Assembly: GCA_016840035.1 (NCBI GenBank)
Contig: JAEOTC010000038.1
Coordinates: forward strand, 1-64,000
Direction: 5' to 3'
DNA length: 64,000 nt
Origin: Candidatus Hodarchaeota archaeon
GTDB lineage: Archaea > Asgardarchaeota > Heimdallarchaeia > Hodarchaeales > Hodarchaeaceae
Position numbers and translations under genes: made by a program. Below are positions 43,171-51,815 of the stretch, in pieces (the first letter of the stretch is position 1; every line of letters begins with the position of its first letter). Under the pieces are notes generated by a model that was not told the DNA's origin, did not search any database, and saw only the letters and a program-made list of their open reading frames with translations.

Positions 43171-44142
43171 ATGAATGATATAGAATTGCTGCTAGTTTTT
43201 GGTATTACAATACTCATTTCGTCAGGAATTACCTTTTTTATCCTCAGGTATTTCTTTGCTACACGACTGAAAGGTATAGAAAAATCATCTGATACAATCT
43301 CTAAAATATCTGAGGGAATGGTTCAACAATCTAATAGCTTCATTGATCTAATGAAAAACAGTCTTAATACGCTACAGACGGACGTAATGGGACAATTAAA
43401 AGAATTACGGGAAATGTCTCGGGATCTTCAGACTACTCAAAAAGATACTCAGAGCTCTTTCGAAAAATTTGTCAGTTTAGTACGTATGCGTCCCCAAACA
43501 AAAGGCGAAGTAGGAGAAGGTATCGTACGTTGGGTATTAAGTTCATTACCAGCAAATTCATGGAAAGAGCAAGTAACAATCTCCGGAGGACGGGTAGATT
43601 TTATAGTATATTTACCACCAGATCAAGAAAAAGTTCTCATTGATTCAAAATTTAGCTTTCCAACAGAATTATTAGAATCCGATAATCTAGTTGCTGCTGA
43701 CCAACAAACCATCAACAAAATTAATCGAGGGATAATCAAGAGAAGTAAAGAACTCGAGAAATATTTAGTCCCAGAGAATACAAATATCGGTTTTTTACTC
43801 ATGTACATTCCAGATATACTATTTTCCTACCTATCTGATACCACATTTAAAGAATTGACAGGGAAGAAAATTATTCCAGTTAATGTGTCAGGTCTTTTAT
43901 CAACTTTATTGATAATTTCCCGTCAAATTCAAGTATTTCGAATTGGCGAGGCTATTTCGCGTTTAGAATCAATCAAAACAACTTTCGACAGTGAAATTGA
44001 TGCTATTCAGAAGATAACTAAAACAAGTAAAGGTCAACTTCAGAAAGCACTCACAAACGTCGAAAAAATCGATGTTCAACTTGATTCCACTCGACGGAAG
44101 ATTTTTAGAGAGTTTGGATTAATTGAAGAAGAGAGTACTTAG
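43171..44142 (+). CDS. RmuC family protein
   Basis: TM helix, coiled coil, KGEVGE, RVDFIVYLP, IDSKF, LMYIP; start moved to ATG 43171. Confidence 0.82.
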   Translation: MNDIELLLVFGITILISSGITFFILRYFFATRLKGIEKSSDTISKISEGMVQQSNSFIDLMKNSLNTLQTDVMGQLKELREMSRDLQTTQKDTQSSFEKFVSLVRMRPQTKGEVGEGIVRWVLSSLPANSWKEQVTISGGRVDFIVYLPPDQEKVLIDSKFSFPTELLESDNLVAADQQTINKINRGIIKRSKELEKYLVPENTNIGFLLMYIPDILFSYLSDTTFKELTGKKIIPVNVSGLLSTLLIISRQIQVFRIGEAISRLESIKTTFDSEIDAIQKITKTSKGQLQKALTNVEKIDVQLDSTRRKIFREFGLIEEEST

Positions 44143-44159
44143 GATTAAAGAGAAGGCTG

Positions 44160-44957
44160 GTGAATTTAATGAGTAATTTGAAAGATAAATCAAAAATTTG
44201 TCCATATTATCAAAAACCATGCTTATTAGAGAAGTGTCTTGCCTACAGTGGTGAGACTTGCCTAATTATTCCTTTGGGGAGATTAGAAAGGGAAACTACT
44301 ACAAAAGTGCCTGTAATCCTCAAGACTAAATCCATAAAAGAATTAGCAGAAAAACTTGCTGATTATTATTTGGAAAAATATCCCGATGGAGAAAATTATC
44401 GATATACTGACACTTCCCTTTTCTGGAGCAATAGAATTGGAGTGAAAGAAATCTATAACCTCCCTTCGGACATCCAAGAAAAGATTCAAGATGTGGAAAG
44501 ACTTGCAGAGGACATAACAGAAGATAGGAAAATCCCCGAAGAATTAAAGAGCCAAAAACCTGAGAAGATAGCAGAAAACATGGTCAAATGGGCAGAAAAA
44601 AATTTTGATATCACTAGATATGTATATTTTAGAAAATACTGGGGATCCAAAGGATTGCCCGAATCTTATTATTTTTCAGATAGATATCGGCCGAAAGCTG
44701 AAAAATGTGAGTTACTGGCTGAACAAAAATTAGAGGAAATTCGTGAAAAGAGAAAGAAGGAGAAAAAAGAGAAAGAGAAACAGCAAGCATTAGCTGAAAT
44801 CGATAATATCATTAAATGGTTAAAAGAGAAACGGTTGGTGAAGCTCTCAAAAGCGAATTTAAAGCTTTATTTTTCTGAAATAGGTATGAAGGTCTCTCCC
44901 ACTAATCGTCAGAATGTATACATAAGGGTAAATGAAATTTTAAAACAAGAAAAATAG
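44160..44957 (+). CDS. hypothetical protein with Cys-rich N-terminus
   Basis: CPY..PCL.EKC..Y...C; internal repeat LAEKLADY..FWS / IAENMVKW..YWG. Confidence 0.7.
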   Translation: MNLMSNLKDKSKICPYYQKPCLLEKCLAYSGETCLIIPLGRLERETTTKVPVILKTKSIKELAEKLADYYLEKYPDGENYRYTDTSLFWSNRIGVKEIYNLPSDIQEKIQDVERLAEDITEDRKIPEELKSQKPEKIAENMVKWAEKNFDITRYVYFRKYWGSKGLPESYYFSDRYRPKAEKCELLAEQKLEEIREKRKKEKKEKEKQQALAEIDNIIKWLKEKRLVKLSKANLKLYFSEIGMKVSPTNRQNVYIRVNEILKQEK

Positions 44958-45013
44958 GGGGCTAAGTGATAAAAGTGATAGACCTAGAAATTTATAGCGA
45001 TGGAGGGTATTAA

Positions 45014-45874
45014 TTGAGGAAAACTCGAAATAAGAGAAGTACAAGTTTACTATTAATTTATATTGCCATCAATCTTGGTTTAATTCTCCCAATGGGAGTA
45101 TCAAACGCACTAACCACGAATAGAACACAGAATGAATATACACGAACATTTACTTGTAATAAAGACGCGTATGTAGACTCTTCGAACCCAACTTCAAACT
45201 ATGCTAATGCAGATTTAGAGGTTTCAAACTCATCATATCGAGCAAGACGTTCTTATCTATCCTTCGAAATTCAAGACCTACCTTCAGATGCTGATATAAA
45301 AGAGGTAACATTCGGATTAAGCGTGAAATTCTTGCCTTATGATGACCATACCGTTCCATTAGATATTTGGAAAACAACTTACTTTGATGAAGATATCGTT
45401 ACTTGGGAAAATTGTCCTCAAAGAACTGTTCTCATGATACAAGTCGATATTGCTGAAAATAAACGCTGGAGCATTCCACTGGAAAACCATGGCATTACTG
45501 GAAATTTAAATCTCTATATTTGCTTATCCACCGATCTCGACAACTCTGCACCCATTACATTCGATTCTAGAGATGATATGTGGAATCCACCAAGAGTAGC
45601 AGTTACTTTCGAAGCATTATCCATCGATGAAAGTCCAAATGGAACAGTAGACTTAGTGATATTCCTAATTTTACTTGGTCCAATTGGAGGAATTGGATTA
45701 GCAATATTTCTAATGGTGAGAAAATCAAATAAGAGAAAAACAAGTTTTAGTATTGTATATCAAGAACCGAGAATTTCTCAAAAATCCGTAACTATAGACC
45801 AATTTTGTGGCCAATGCGGTGCTCCTCTGGATTCGACGAATGTTTTCTGTCCGTCCTGTGGGAAGAAACAGTGA
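45014..45874 (+). CDS. DNRLRE-like domain, TM helix and zinc ribbon protein
   Basis: DAYVDSSNPTSNY, RRSYLSF, VTWENCP, FDSRD..PRV; FCGQCG..FCPSCG. Confidence 0.8.
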   Translation: MRKTRNKRSTSLLLIYIAINLGLILPMGVSNALTTNRTQNEYTRTFTCNKDAYVDSSNPTSNYANADLEVSNSSYRARRSYLSFEIQDLPSDADIKEVTFGLSVKFLPYDDHTVPLDIWKTTYFDEDIVTWENCPQRTVLMIQVDIAENKRWSIPLENHGITGNLNLYICLSTDLDNSAPITFDSRDDMWNPPRVAVTFEALSIDESPNGTVDLVIFLILLGPIGGIGLAIFLMVRKSNKRKTSFSIVYQEPRISQKSVTIDQFCGQCGAPLDSTNVFCPSCGKKQ

Positions 45875-45914
45875 GGATATACTTCTTCGTGAGAAGTTAA
45901 AACTGGGTGAAATT

Positions 45915-47036
45915 TTGAATAGAACTAATCTCATGAAACTATTTCAGCTCGAGGATAACCAGGAAATTTTTGATTTAGCCCTTACTCCAAAATCGTGTGG
46001 TGGAGGTGACGAATTCAAACTTTTAGCCCTTTATGGGGATAAAATCATTGACTTAGCTCTGATCATTGATTTTTCAAATCAAGGATTCACAAATACGGGA
46101 GTAATCTCACCTGCTATTGATAGCTTTCATAATGAAGATGCTCTCAACGCACTAGGAAGATATCTAGAAATCGATCATTTGATGAATCCACTTGATAAAT
46201 CCAAACCGATCTCAGATGGTGATGTGAAAGAAGGAGTAGAAGCTCTTATAGGAGCAGCATATCAAAAACATGGATTAACCACATGTATCAAAATTGTTCA
46301 ACGTCTATACGAACAATCGGAATCTTTTTCTACAAAACCGGGAGAGGAAAAAGCTACTATCCTGACGGAAAACTTGGTAGGGATGTTACAAGAGTGGTTA
46401 GCAAGCCAAGGCCTTGGAATACCTGTTTATGAAGGGATACGAGTTGGAGGAACTAATGACAATCCATTATGGAGATGTCAAGTTTCATTTGAATATCATG
46501 GAGAAAAAGTCAAGGAGAAAAGTGATATTTTTTCCAATAAAAGACTCGCTAAGAAGAATGCAGCCCAGAAAGCATTGGTTGCATTAGGAATAAGGAAAGA
46601 TAATGTAAGCAGAGTTTTTGGGTCGATTCAGGAGGTGAAAATTCCTGAAACAGCAACTCAATCTCTCCAAGAACGAGAAATTCTCTTTACCAAAGGAGGG
46701 AGGGGAGGGCATTTTATCACAGGAGAGATACAACTAACAACTCAAACGGGTGAAACTGTCTTAGAATGGGCAGAAAAGAAGATAAAAAAGAATCCTTATG
46801 GAAGCTTGATTCTCCTAAGTGCACGTTTAGAGGAAATAAGTGGATCTTCTTGGTCAACTTCCTTGGAGGATCAGGAGCTAATTCTACTAAATATTGTTAT
46901 TGAAGACATGCCCTATTTTGAAATAGGAAAAGGAAAGTCAAAAACAAAAGCTAGAAAAGATGCTGCGCAAAAAATAATAAGATCATCTAATCTTATCAAA
47001 TGGATTGCTCAAAAATATTCAACCATACTAATCTGA
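45915..47036 (+). CDS. RNase III-like nuclease with two dsRNA-binding domains
   Basis: LALYGD, EGVEALIGA; dsRBD motifs LQEW..NKRLAKKNAAQKAL and GKGKSKTKARKDAAQK; start inferred from GGTGA SD. Confidence 0.8.
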   Translation: MNRTNLMKLFQLEDNQEIFDLALTPKSCGGGDEFKLLALYGDKIIDLALIIDFSNQGFTNTGVISPAIDSFHNEDALNALGRYLEIDHLMNPLDKSKPISDGDVKEGVEALIGAAYQKHGLTTCIKIVQRLYEQSESFSTKPGEEKATILTENLVGMLQEWLASQGLGIPVYEGIRVGGTNDNPLWRCQVSFEYHGEKVKEKSDIFSNKRLAKKNAAQKALVALGIRKDNVSRVFGSIQEVKIPETATQSLQEREILFTKGGRGGHFITGEIQLTTQTGETVLEWAEKKIKKNPYGSLILLSARLEEISGSSWSTSLEDQELILLNIVIEDMPYFEIGKGKSKTKARKDAAQKIIRSSNLIKWIAQKYSTILI

Positions 47037-47042
47037 AAATGT

Positions 47043-47114
47043 AAAAATTAAGGAGATACCATTTGATTGGTAATTTTCATACTAAACTTATGTATGAGCC
47101 CTTTGTAGCGATTT
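47043..47114 (-). repeat. displaced tfb 3'-end copy 5 (most decayed)
   Basis: AAGGAGATACC..GGTAAT..GAGCCCTTTGTAGCGATTT aligns without gaps to the tfb end; the stop codon is lost. Confidence 0.8.
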
Positions 47115-47374
47115 ACCAAGTAACTCCAATCACTGTTACTCGTTTAAGTCAGAAGGGTACAATATTTTCTTCCTGTGTGGAGAAACAATGGAAGATAAAA
47201 AAGTAAATAGCAATTAGCAAAAAAGGGAGAATTCTGTTGAGAATGTGGAAATTATGTTTTAAGATGGAGTTGAAGTAATCGCAAACAGAGAAGACCAGTT
47301 TAAGGGAGAAATATATTGATCCGTTTCCCGTACTCTTAGCATTAAGCATTCTACTAATTGTTATATATATAATA

Positions 47375-48115
47375 ATGCTAATTAATCCTTCAATTTATGA
47401 TCTACTAGAAATGAACAGATCAAATCCCTTTAGTATATTAACTAGTCTATTAATCCATGATCTAGATAATTCAGCACATTTAAGCGTGAATTTGGGGGCA
47501 TTATGGATTTTTGGTTATATTGTAAATATCCAGACAAATCGATTTCGAATGCTAATAACTTTCTTCGTATGTGGTGTATTAGCAAATATATCTACGGTGA
47601 TTTTTTCAGATTTAATAAACCACCTATTTTCTACTACATTCACAAATTGGGCTGTTTCTTCTAGACATTGGATCGGAGAGAATTTACGTGTTGTTCCATC
47701 ACCAAACGGAGGAGGAGCTTCAGACGGATTGATGGGGCTAGGAGGATTTGCTCTCGCTTTAGCTATTGACTTTTTAATTATTAATTTACATGAAGCTTAT
47801 AGAATCAGCCGTAATTCAACCAATAAATACCTAATAATACTAATTGATCGTCTGAATCAGTCAATTGTGGATACCTGTGTAAATTGTGTTGGGATTCTAG
47901 GAATTTTAGTTCTTTGGGCAGGATTAATTATGGATCTTGAAATGTTTTATTATGTTTTAACTTTTAATTACGCAGCAGCAAACGGAGAACTGTTATCTTA
48001 CCCGACATCAGACGGGCATCCGTTACTAGCCCATGCTTTTGGAGGATTGATAGGATTTATCATCGGGATCTATTATACTCGGTTCTTTCAAAAGGGGATA
48101 AGAAACTCCAATTGA
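47375..48115 (+). CDS. rhomboid family intramembrane serine protease
   Basis: H....HLSVN, GASDG, AHAFGGLIG. Confidence 0.82.
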   Translation: MLINPSIYDLLEMNRSNPFSILTSLLIHDLDNSAHLSVNLGALWIFGYIVNIQTNRFRMLITFFVCGVLANISTVIFSDLINHLFSTTFTNWAVSSRHWIGENLRVVPSPNGGGASDGLMGLGGFALALAIDFLIINLHEAYRISRNSTNKYLIILIDRLNQSIVDTCVNCVGILGILVLWAGLIMDLEMFYYVLTFNYAAANGELLSYPTSDGHPLLAHAFGGLIGFIIGIYYTRFFQKGIRNSN

Positions 48116-48185
48116 CATGAGAGTGAAATACAAACAAGAAAAAGATGAGGGGAATACTTTACTTTGGAAAGACTTCCAATCAAAC

Positions 48186-50042
48186 TCAGAAGGATTGGAA
48201 TCGGTTCCTTAAGACTGCACGAAGGTTTCTGAAAGAGCGAAACAGCTGCAAATTCGGAAGATGATGTTGATTGAACATGGCACGATTATCAAGAATTAAC
48301 CCTGTGGCTTGATCTACTTCAGAGCGAATAGCACGCCCCAAACACTGGCGGACCTGTGTGAAGAGATAGCGTTCTATTAACGTCCATTTAACAAAATGGA
48401 GATGACGATAACGGTTAAAATAGAGTCTATAAAGCAAATTGTACACCGGAGTGGGTGCTGGAAAGGGTAAGCCTATTAAAATCACCATTCGTACACGACT
48501 TCGGCCAGTTTGAGGATCTCGAACTTCGACTCCTTCACTAAACTTCCCGCCATAAACTGCAAGCACCACACTTGGGTCCCCATTCATTAATTCAGAGAGG
48601 AATGTAATCTGACCCTTTCTAGGTTCACGATAGAGAGACAGTTTTTCATTCAAATGCTCTTCTAAAAGTGGAAATAAGTCATCAAGAAACTCATAGGACG
48701 GGACAAAAACCCAGGTATGATCAGGAATTTCAAGTGCGACCTCCTTCACAGTTTTTGCACACCAACGCAGGAACTTCTTTGTACGATTACGATGAGAACT
48801 ACTCACCTGCGGATGAATAAATGCAGCCACAAGTAATTGCTGAATACGCGATTTAGGAGTAGGAACGTGGTGCAAATGGTACATATTCCACGGTTTTTTT
48901 TTTAATCCATAATAATGCGAGTAATATTTGAGATATTGAAAAGTGGCAGAAAACAGCACTGTCCGGGAGAACTGCCGATTCACATATTCAAAGATTTTCG
49001 ATGGATAGGGATCGAGTTGAACTAATCCTTCCTCCGTGTTCACCCAATATCGGCCTTGACGCTCAACAAAAGAGCGCACAGCCAGTAAAGCTTCTAGATC
49101 GAGAGGAGAAAGAGAATATCGAATACCTTTCTGATGAAGGAACGAATCGATTTGAGCTAGATAAGAACGATCAAGAGTTGGGGGACGTTTAACATACCCA
49201 TACTTTCGCTGGCATAGATTTTGCAGAATTTGCACAACAGGAAAAGCTCCGATTGACTCAACCAACGAAAGTTGTTTCCGAGTGACTGTAGCCTCTATTG
49301 TTGGCCCAAAATTGTGAGCTTCATCAATAATAGCGAATCTATGACTCCAACGAAAACCATAATCATGCGCTTTCCAGGTGAATCGAGACAGGGAGCGCTG
49401 GAGAGAGTGAGATTCCAAATATCCCTGCGGGAGTAATATAATATTAGCCTGAGGAAGCAAACGTCGGATGACTTGAGCAGGACAGCCATAGGGAGTGAGA
49501 AGCTCCTGAAAACCGGCAAATGATGAAGGACAGTGCTGGAGGGATATTTGAGGAAGAATCTCTCTTAGAGAGGATAACGGTAAAAAACGAGTTTTTTTCT
49601 TTCGAGGACAATGAAAACAGTCATTTTCAGGAGGTAAAGGACAGAGATCTTTGCTAGCGATCAAAGGAAGTAAGGTTAACTTGTCTGCCGGAGGGTTAGA
49701 GTAATATTCTTTCAGAGTTTTGAGAAACACTGATCTAAGTTGTGCTTTGGTTTTAGAAAAACACCAGAGTTGATATTCACCGGTCTTCATCAGATCCCAG
49801 AAGGCAGAAAACGCGGTGACGGATTTACCAAACCCAGTGTAGGCATTAATCGCAATTCGGGGATAAGCAGCAATTAAAGCTAGGACCTGTGCCTGACCAC
49901 GACGAAAGGAGGGAAAAGGAAAATGCTGGCGAATTTCAGGGGGCAATTCTTCATCCTTGAAAGACGAATGAGCCGCACCTGCTTTAAAAGCATCTGAATA
50001 ATAGATAAAAATTCCCTCAAGAAGGTTTTCCCGTATACACAT
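48186..50042 (-). CDS. Rad3/XPD/DinG family Fe-S helicase
   Basis: FRRGQ, AYTGFGKS, Cys cluster, IIDEAHN, SAT, GKFSEGV, GLPFP, QCLGRAIR. Confidence 0.9.
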   Translation of the reverse strand: MCIRENLLEGIFIYYSDAFKAGAAHSSFKDEELPPEIRQHFPFPSFRRGQAQVLALIAAYPRIAINAYTGFGKSVTAFSAFWDLMKTGEYQLWCFSKTKAQLRSVFLKTLKEYYSNPPADKLTLLPLIASKDLCPLPPENDCFHCPRKKKTRFLPLSSLREILPQISLQHCPSSFAGFQELLTPYGCPAQVIRRLLPQANIILLPQGYLESHSLQRSLSRFTWKAHDYGFRWSHRFAIIDEAHNFGPTIEATVTRKQLSLVESIGAFPVVQILQNLCQRKYGYVKRPPTLDRSYLAQIDSFLHQKGIRYSLSPLDLEALLAVRSFVERQGRYWVNTEEGLVQLDPYPSKIFEYVNRQFSRTVLFSATFQYLKYYSHYYGLKKKPWNMYHLHHVPTPKSRIQQLLVAAFIHPQVSSSHRNRTKKFLRWCAKTVKEVALEIPDHTWVFVPSYEFLDDLFPLLEEHLNEKLSLYREPRKGQITFLSELMNGDPSVVLAVYGGKFSEGVEVRDPQTGRSRVRMVILIGLPFPAPTPVYNLLYRLYFNRYRHLHFVKWTLIERYLFTQVRQCLGRAIRSEVDQATGLILDNRAMFNQHHLPNLQLFRSFRNLRAVLRNRFQSF

Positions 50043-50817
50043 GAGGAGTCAAAGGTTTGGAAGCTTTTTTCTTCCTCTTTTTTGACCGAAATTCTCGAAA
50101 ATAACCCCTGAATTCTACCACTTGATCATAGATCTTGTGTGTCCACGAATTTTGCCAGAAACGAATCCGATGTTCTTTGTGTTTTAATTTCGTAATATAA
50201 CAGAAATAGGGAAAGGCCTCCCAGGGGTGGGTTTGAAGCAACTTATCGAGATCCCCACGAAGAGTAACGAGAAAACCCATCTGTTTAAAGGAAGCGAGGG
50301 TAGCAAAACCCCTCAATCCACTCGGGGGAAGAAAACAGGTATCATATCCGTCAAAAACTAAAGCTGTAAGCATAGGATGTCTAAGAATAGGTTTGAAAAA
50401 TTCACGGTCGAAACTCTTGGCAAATAAAGTGTGTTTATCAATTCGACTTAGATAAGAGGTGGGAAGTTGCTTTTGAGATCGGAAATTAAGGACACGAAGA
50501 ATACGTTGAACCTGATAATCCTCATTGAAATCGTAATACAAAATTTGCCATGGTTTTGGACTGCTCAAGAGGCAGGAGGCAACGAGTTGAGCAAGAAACA
50601 GGCTTTTTCCAGCGTTTTCCGGACCAGCAATGATAATGGGCCATTGCCAGAACCAGCCACCTCGCCATGTTCGATCCAAAGACTGTAAGTACGTAGGGAT
50701 CGGTTTACGTGGAGGAAGGGAACTATCGCACGGAACAGCATGTTTAATAACTTGGGATAACAAATCATCTAAAGACTCGGAGTCATTCCTAGATGAGAGA
50801 GGTTTTTGAGAAACCAA
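50017..50817 (-). CDS. divergent RecA/RadB-like ATPase
   Basis: IPTYLQSLDRTWRGG, GPENAGKS, LYYDFNE, LVFDG. Confidence 0.75.
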   Translation of the reverse strand: MVSQKPLSSRNDSESLDDLLSQVIKHAVPCDSSLPPRKPIPTYLQSLDRTWRGGWFWQWPIIIAGPENAGKSLFLAQLVASCLLSSPKPWQILYYDFNEDYQVQRILRVLNFRSQKQLPTSYLSRIDKHTLFAKSFDREFFKPILRHPMLTALVFDGYDTCFLPPSGLRGFATLASFKQMGFLVTLRGDLDKLLQTHPWEAFPYFCYITKLKHKEHRIRFWQNSWTHKIYDQVVEFRGYFREFRSKKRKKKASKPLTPHVYTGKPS

Positions 50818-50916
50818 AAATATACACCTTCCATTTACTAGATATCGGGTTGTCCCCTTTTATATCTGAAAAGATCTAGAAAATTGGAAGAGGACCCAAG
50901 CTCAAGTACTTTTGAA

Positions 50917-50923
50917 TATATAA
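50917..50923 (+). promoter_or_regulatory. putative TATA box for the structured RNA / LAGLIDADG transcript
   Basis: TATATAA just upstream of the hairpin-dense region; a divergent TATAAAA lies at 50858-50864 on the minus strand. Confidence 0.45.
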
Positions 50924-50944
50924 GGGAGGGGCAGAATCTAGTAC

Positions 50945-51815
50945 GGTTCTCTCTTTAGTACCATTCAGGCAGCTATAGTAGGTGAGAATTGTGAATGACC
51001 ACTCACAATGATCTTCACATACGTAGCGAAAAAGTGCTAGTCGCTAGCATTTGCCTTGCACTTGCTTAAAGAGGCAGGTGGATAAACAAACACGGTTGAA
51101 AACCGATGTTGGCAAGTGAAACACGAGAAAGTAAGAGGAAAACTATCCAGTTATGGCAAACTGGAAAATTTAGTCATATTTTGTTCGTGAATGAACTGGC
51201 CCTGTTTCCTCAGAAGAATCAGGTAGATAAGGTTCAAGAATCAGATCAATTAAACCTGGTTCAAGGTACGGATACGAAAACACAAAGAACGCGGAATCCG
51301 CAAAGACAAACAATAACCCCAATCCAATACCCACCAGTATACCCTCTTCAACTGGGAAATACTGGCCTTGTCGACTCTCCAAGGTGGATCGAGTCACACG
51401 ACAAGCAATTCTTTACGAAGGAAACGAAAACCCCACACGAAGGGAAAATGGAACAATACCCAAAAGAACAACACCAGCGTTTAATAACAAAACAACCATA
51501 TTCGACTTACACTCACGGTCAGGAAGAGACGCGGAAGTGTGTGTCAGTCAAGCGGAGTGTATCCACTCAAAACCATATCCAACTACCACGGGAAAGCATC
51601 CCTCCCAAGGGTGCTAGGCCTCAGAAGAGATGTGTCGTAAGACAGGTCTCTTCTGAGGATCCCACGAATATGGGCCCTTGTCATGGTGACATGACCAGGG
51701 TAGGTAGATACTCTACCCAAGGTGAACTGACGATGTCACAAACCAACCCTCTTCCTACGGAAGGAGGGGCGCAGGCCCCACTTCCTGACCGTGTCATCAC
51801 GGGGCAAAACGCCCC
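50945..51815 (+). ncRNA. candidate large structured RNA
   Basis: More than 15 consecutive hairpins with G-U pairs on the + strand, GUAA and GUGA tetraloops, A-rich linkers. Confidence 0.6.

Noticed and set aside
44950-45002. Possible sixth tfb fragment (A-tract ... TTTATAGCGAT)
   Set aside because: Only about 11 nt match and the spacing does not align with the other copies.
39211-47114. CRISPR array interpretation of the repeats
   Set aside because: Spacing is 0.8-7 kb with whole genes in between, the repeats are tfb coding sequence, and no cas genes are present.
48186-50042. Type IV CRISPR CasDinG
   Set aside because: No csf/cas genes or array; the motifs fit a generic Rad3/XPD helicase.
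50945-51815. Group I/II intron, RNase P or SRP RNA
   Set aside because: No recognisable P7 R/S elements, no complete domain V, no RNase P or SRP consensus and no interrupted host gene; a divergent member cannot be excluded.
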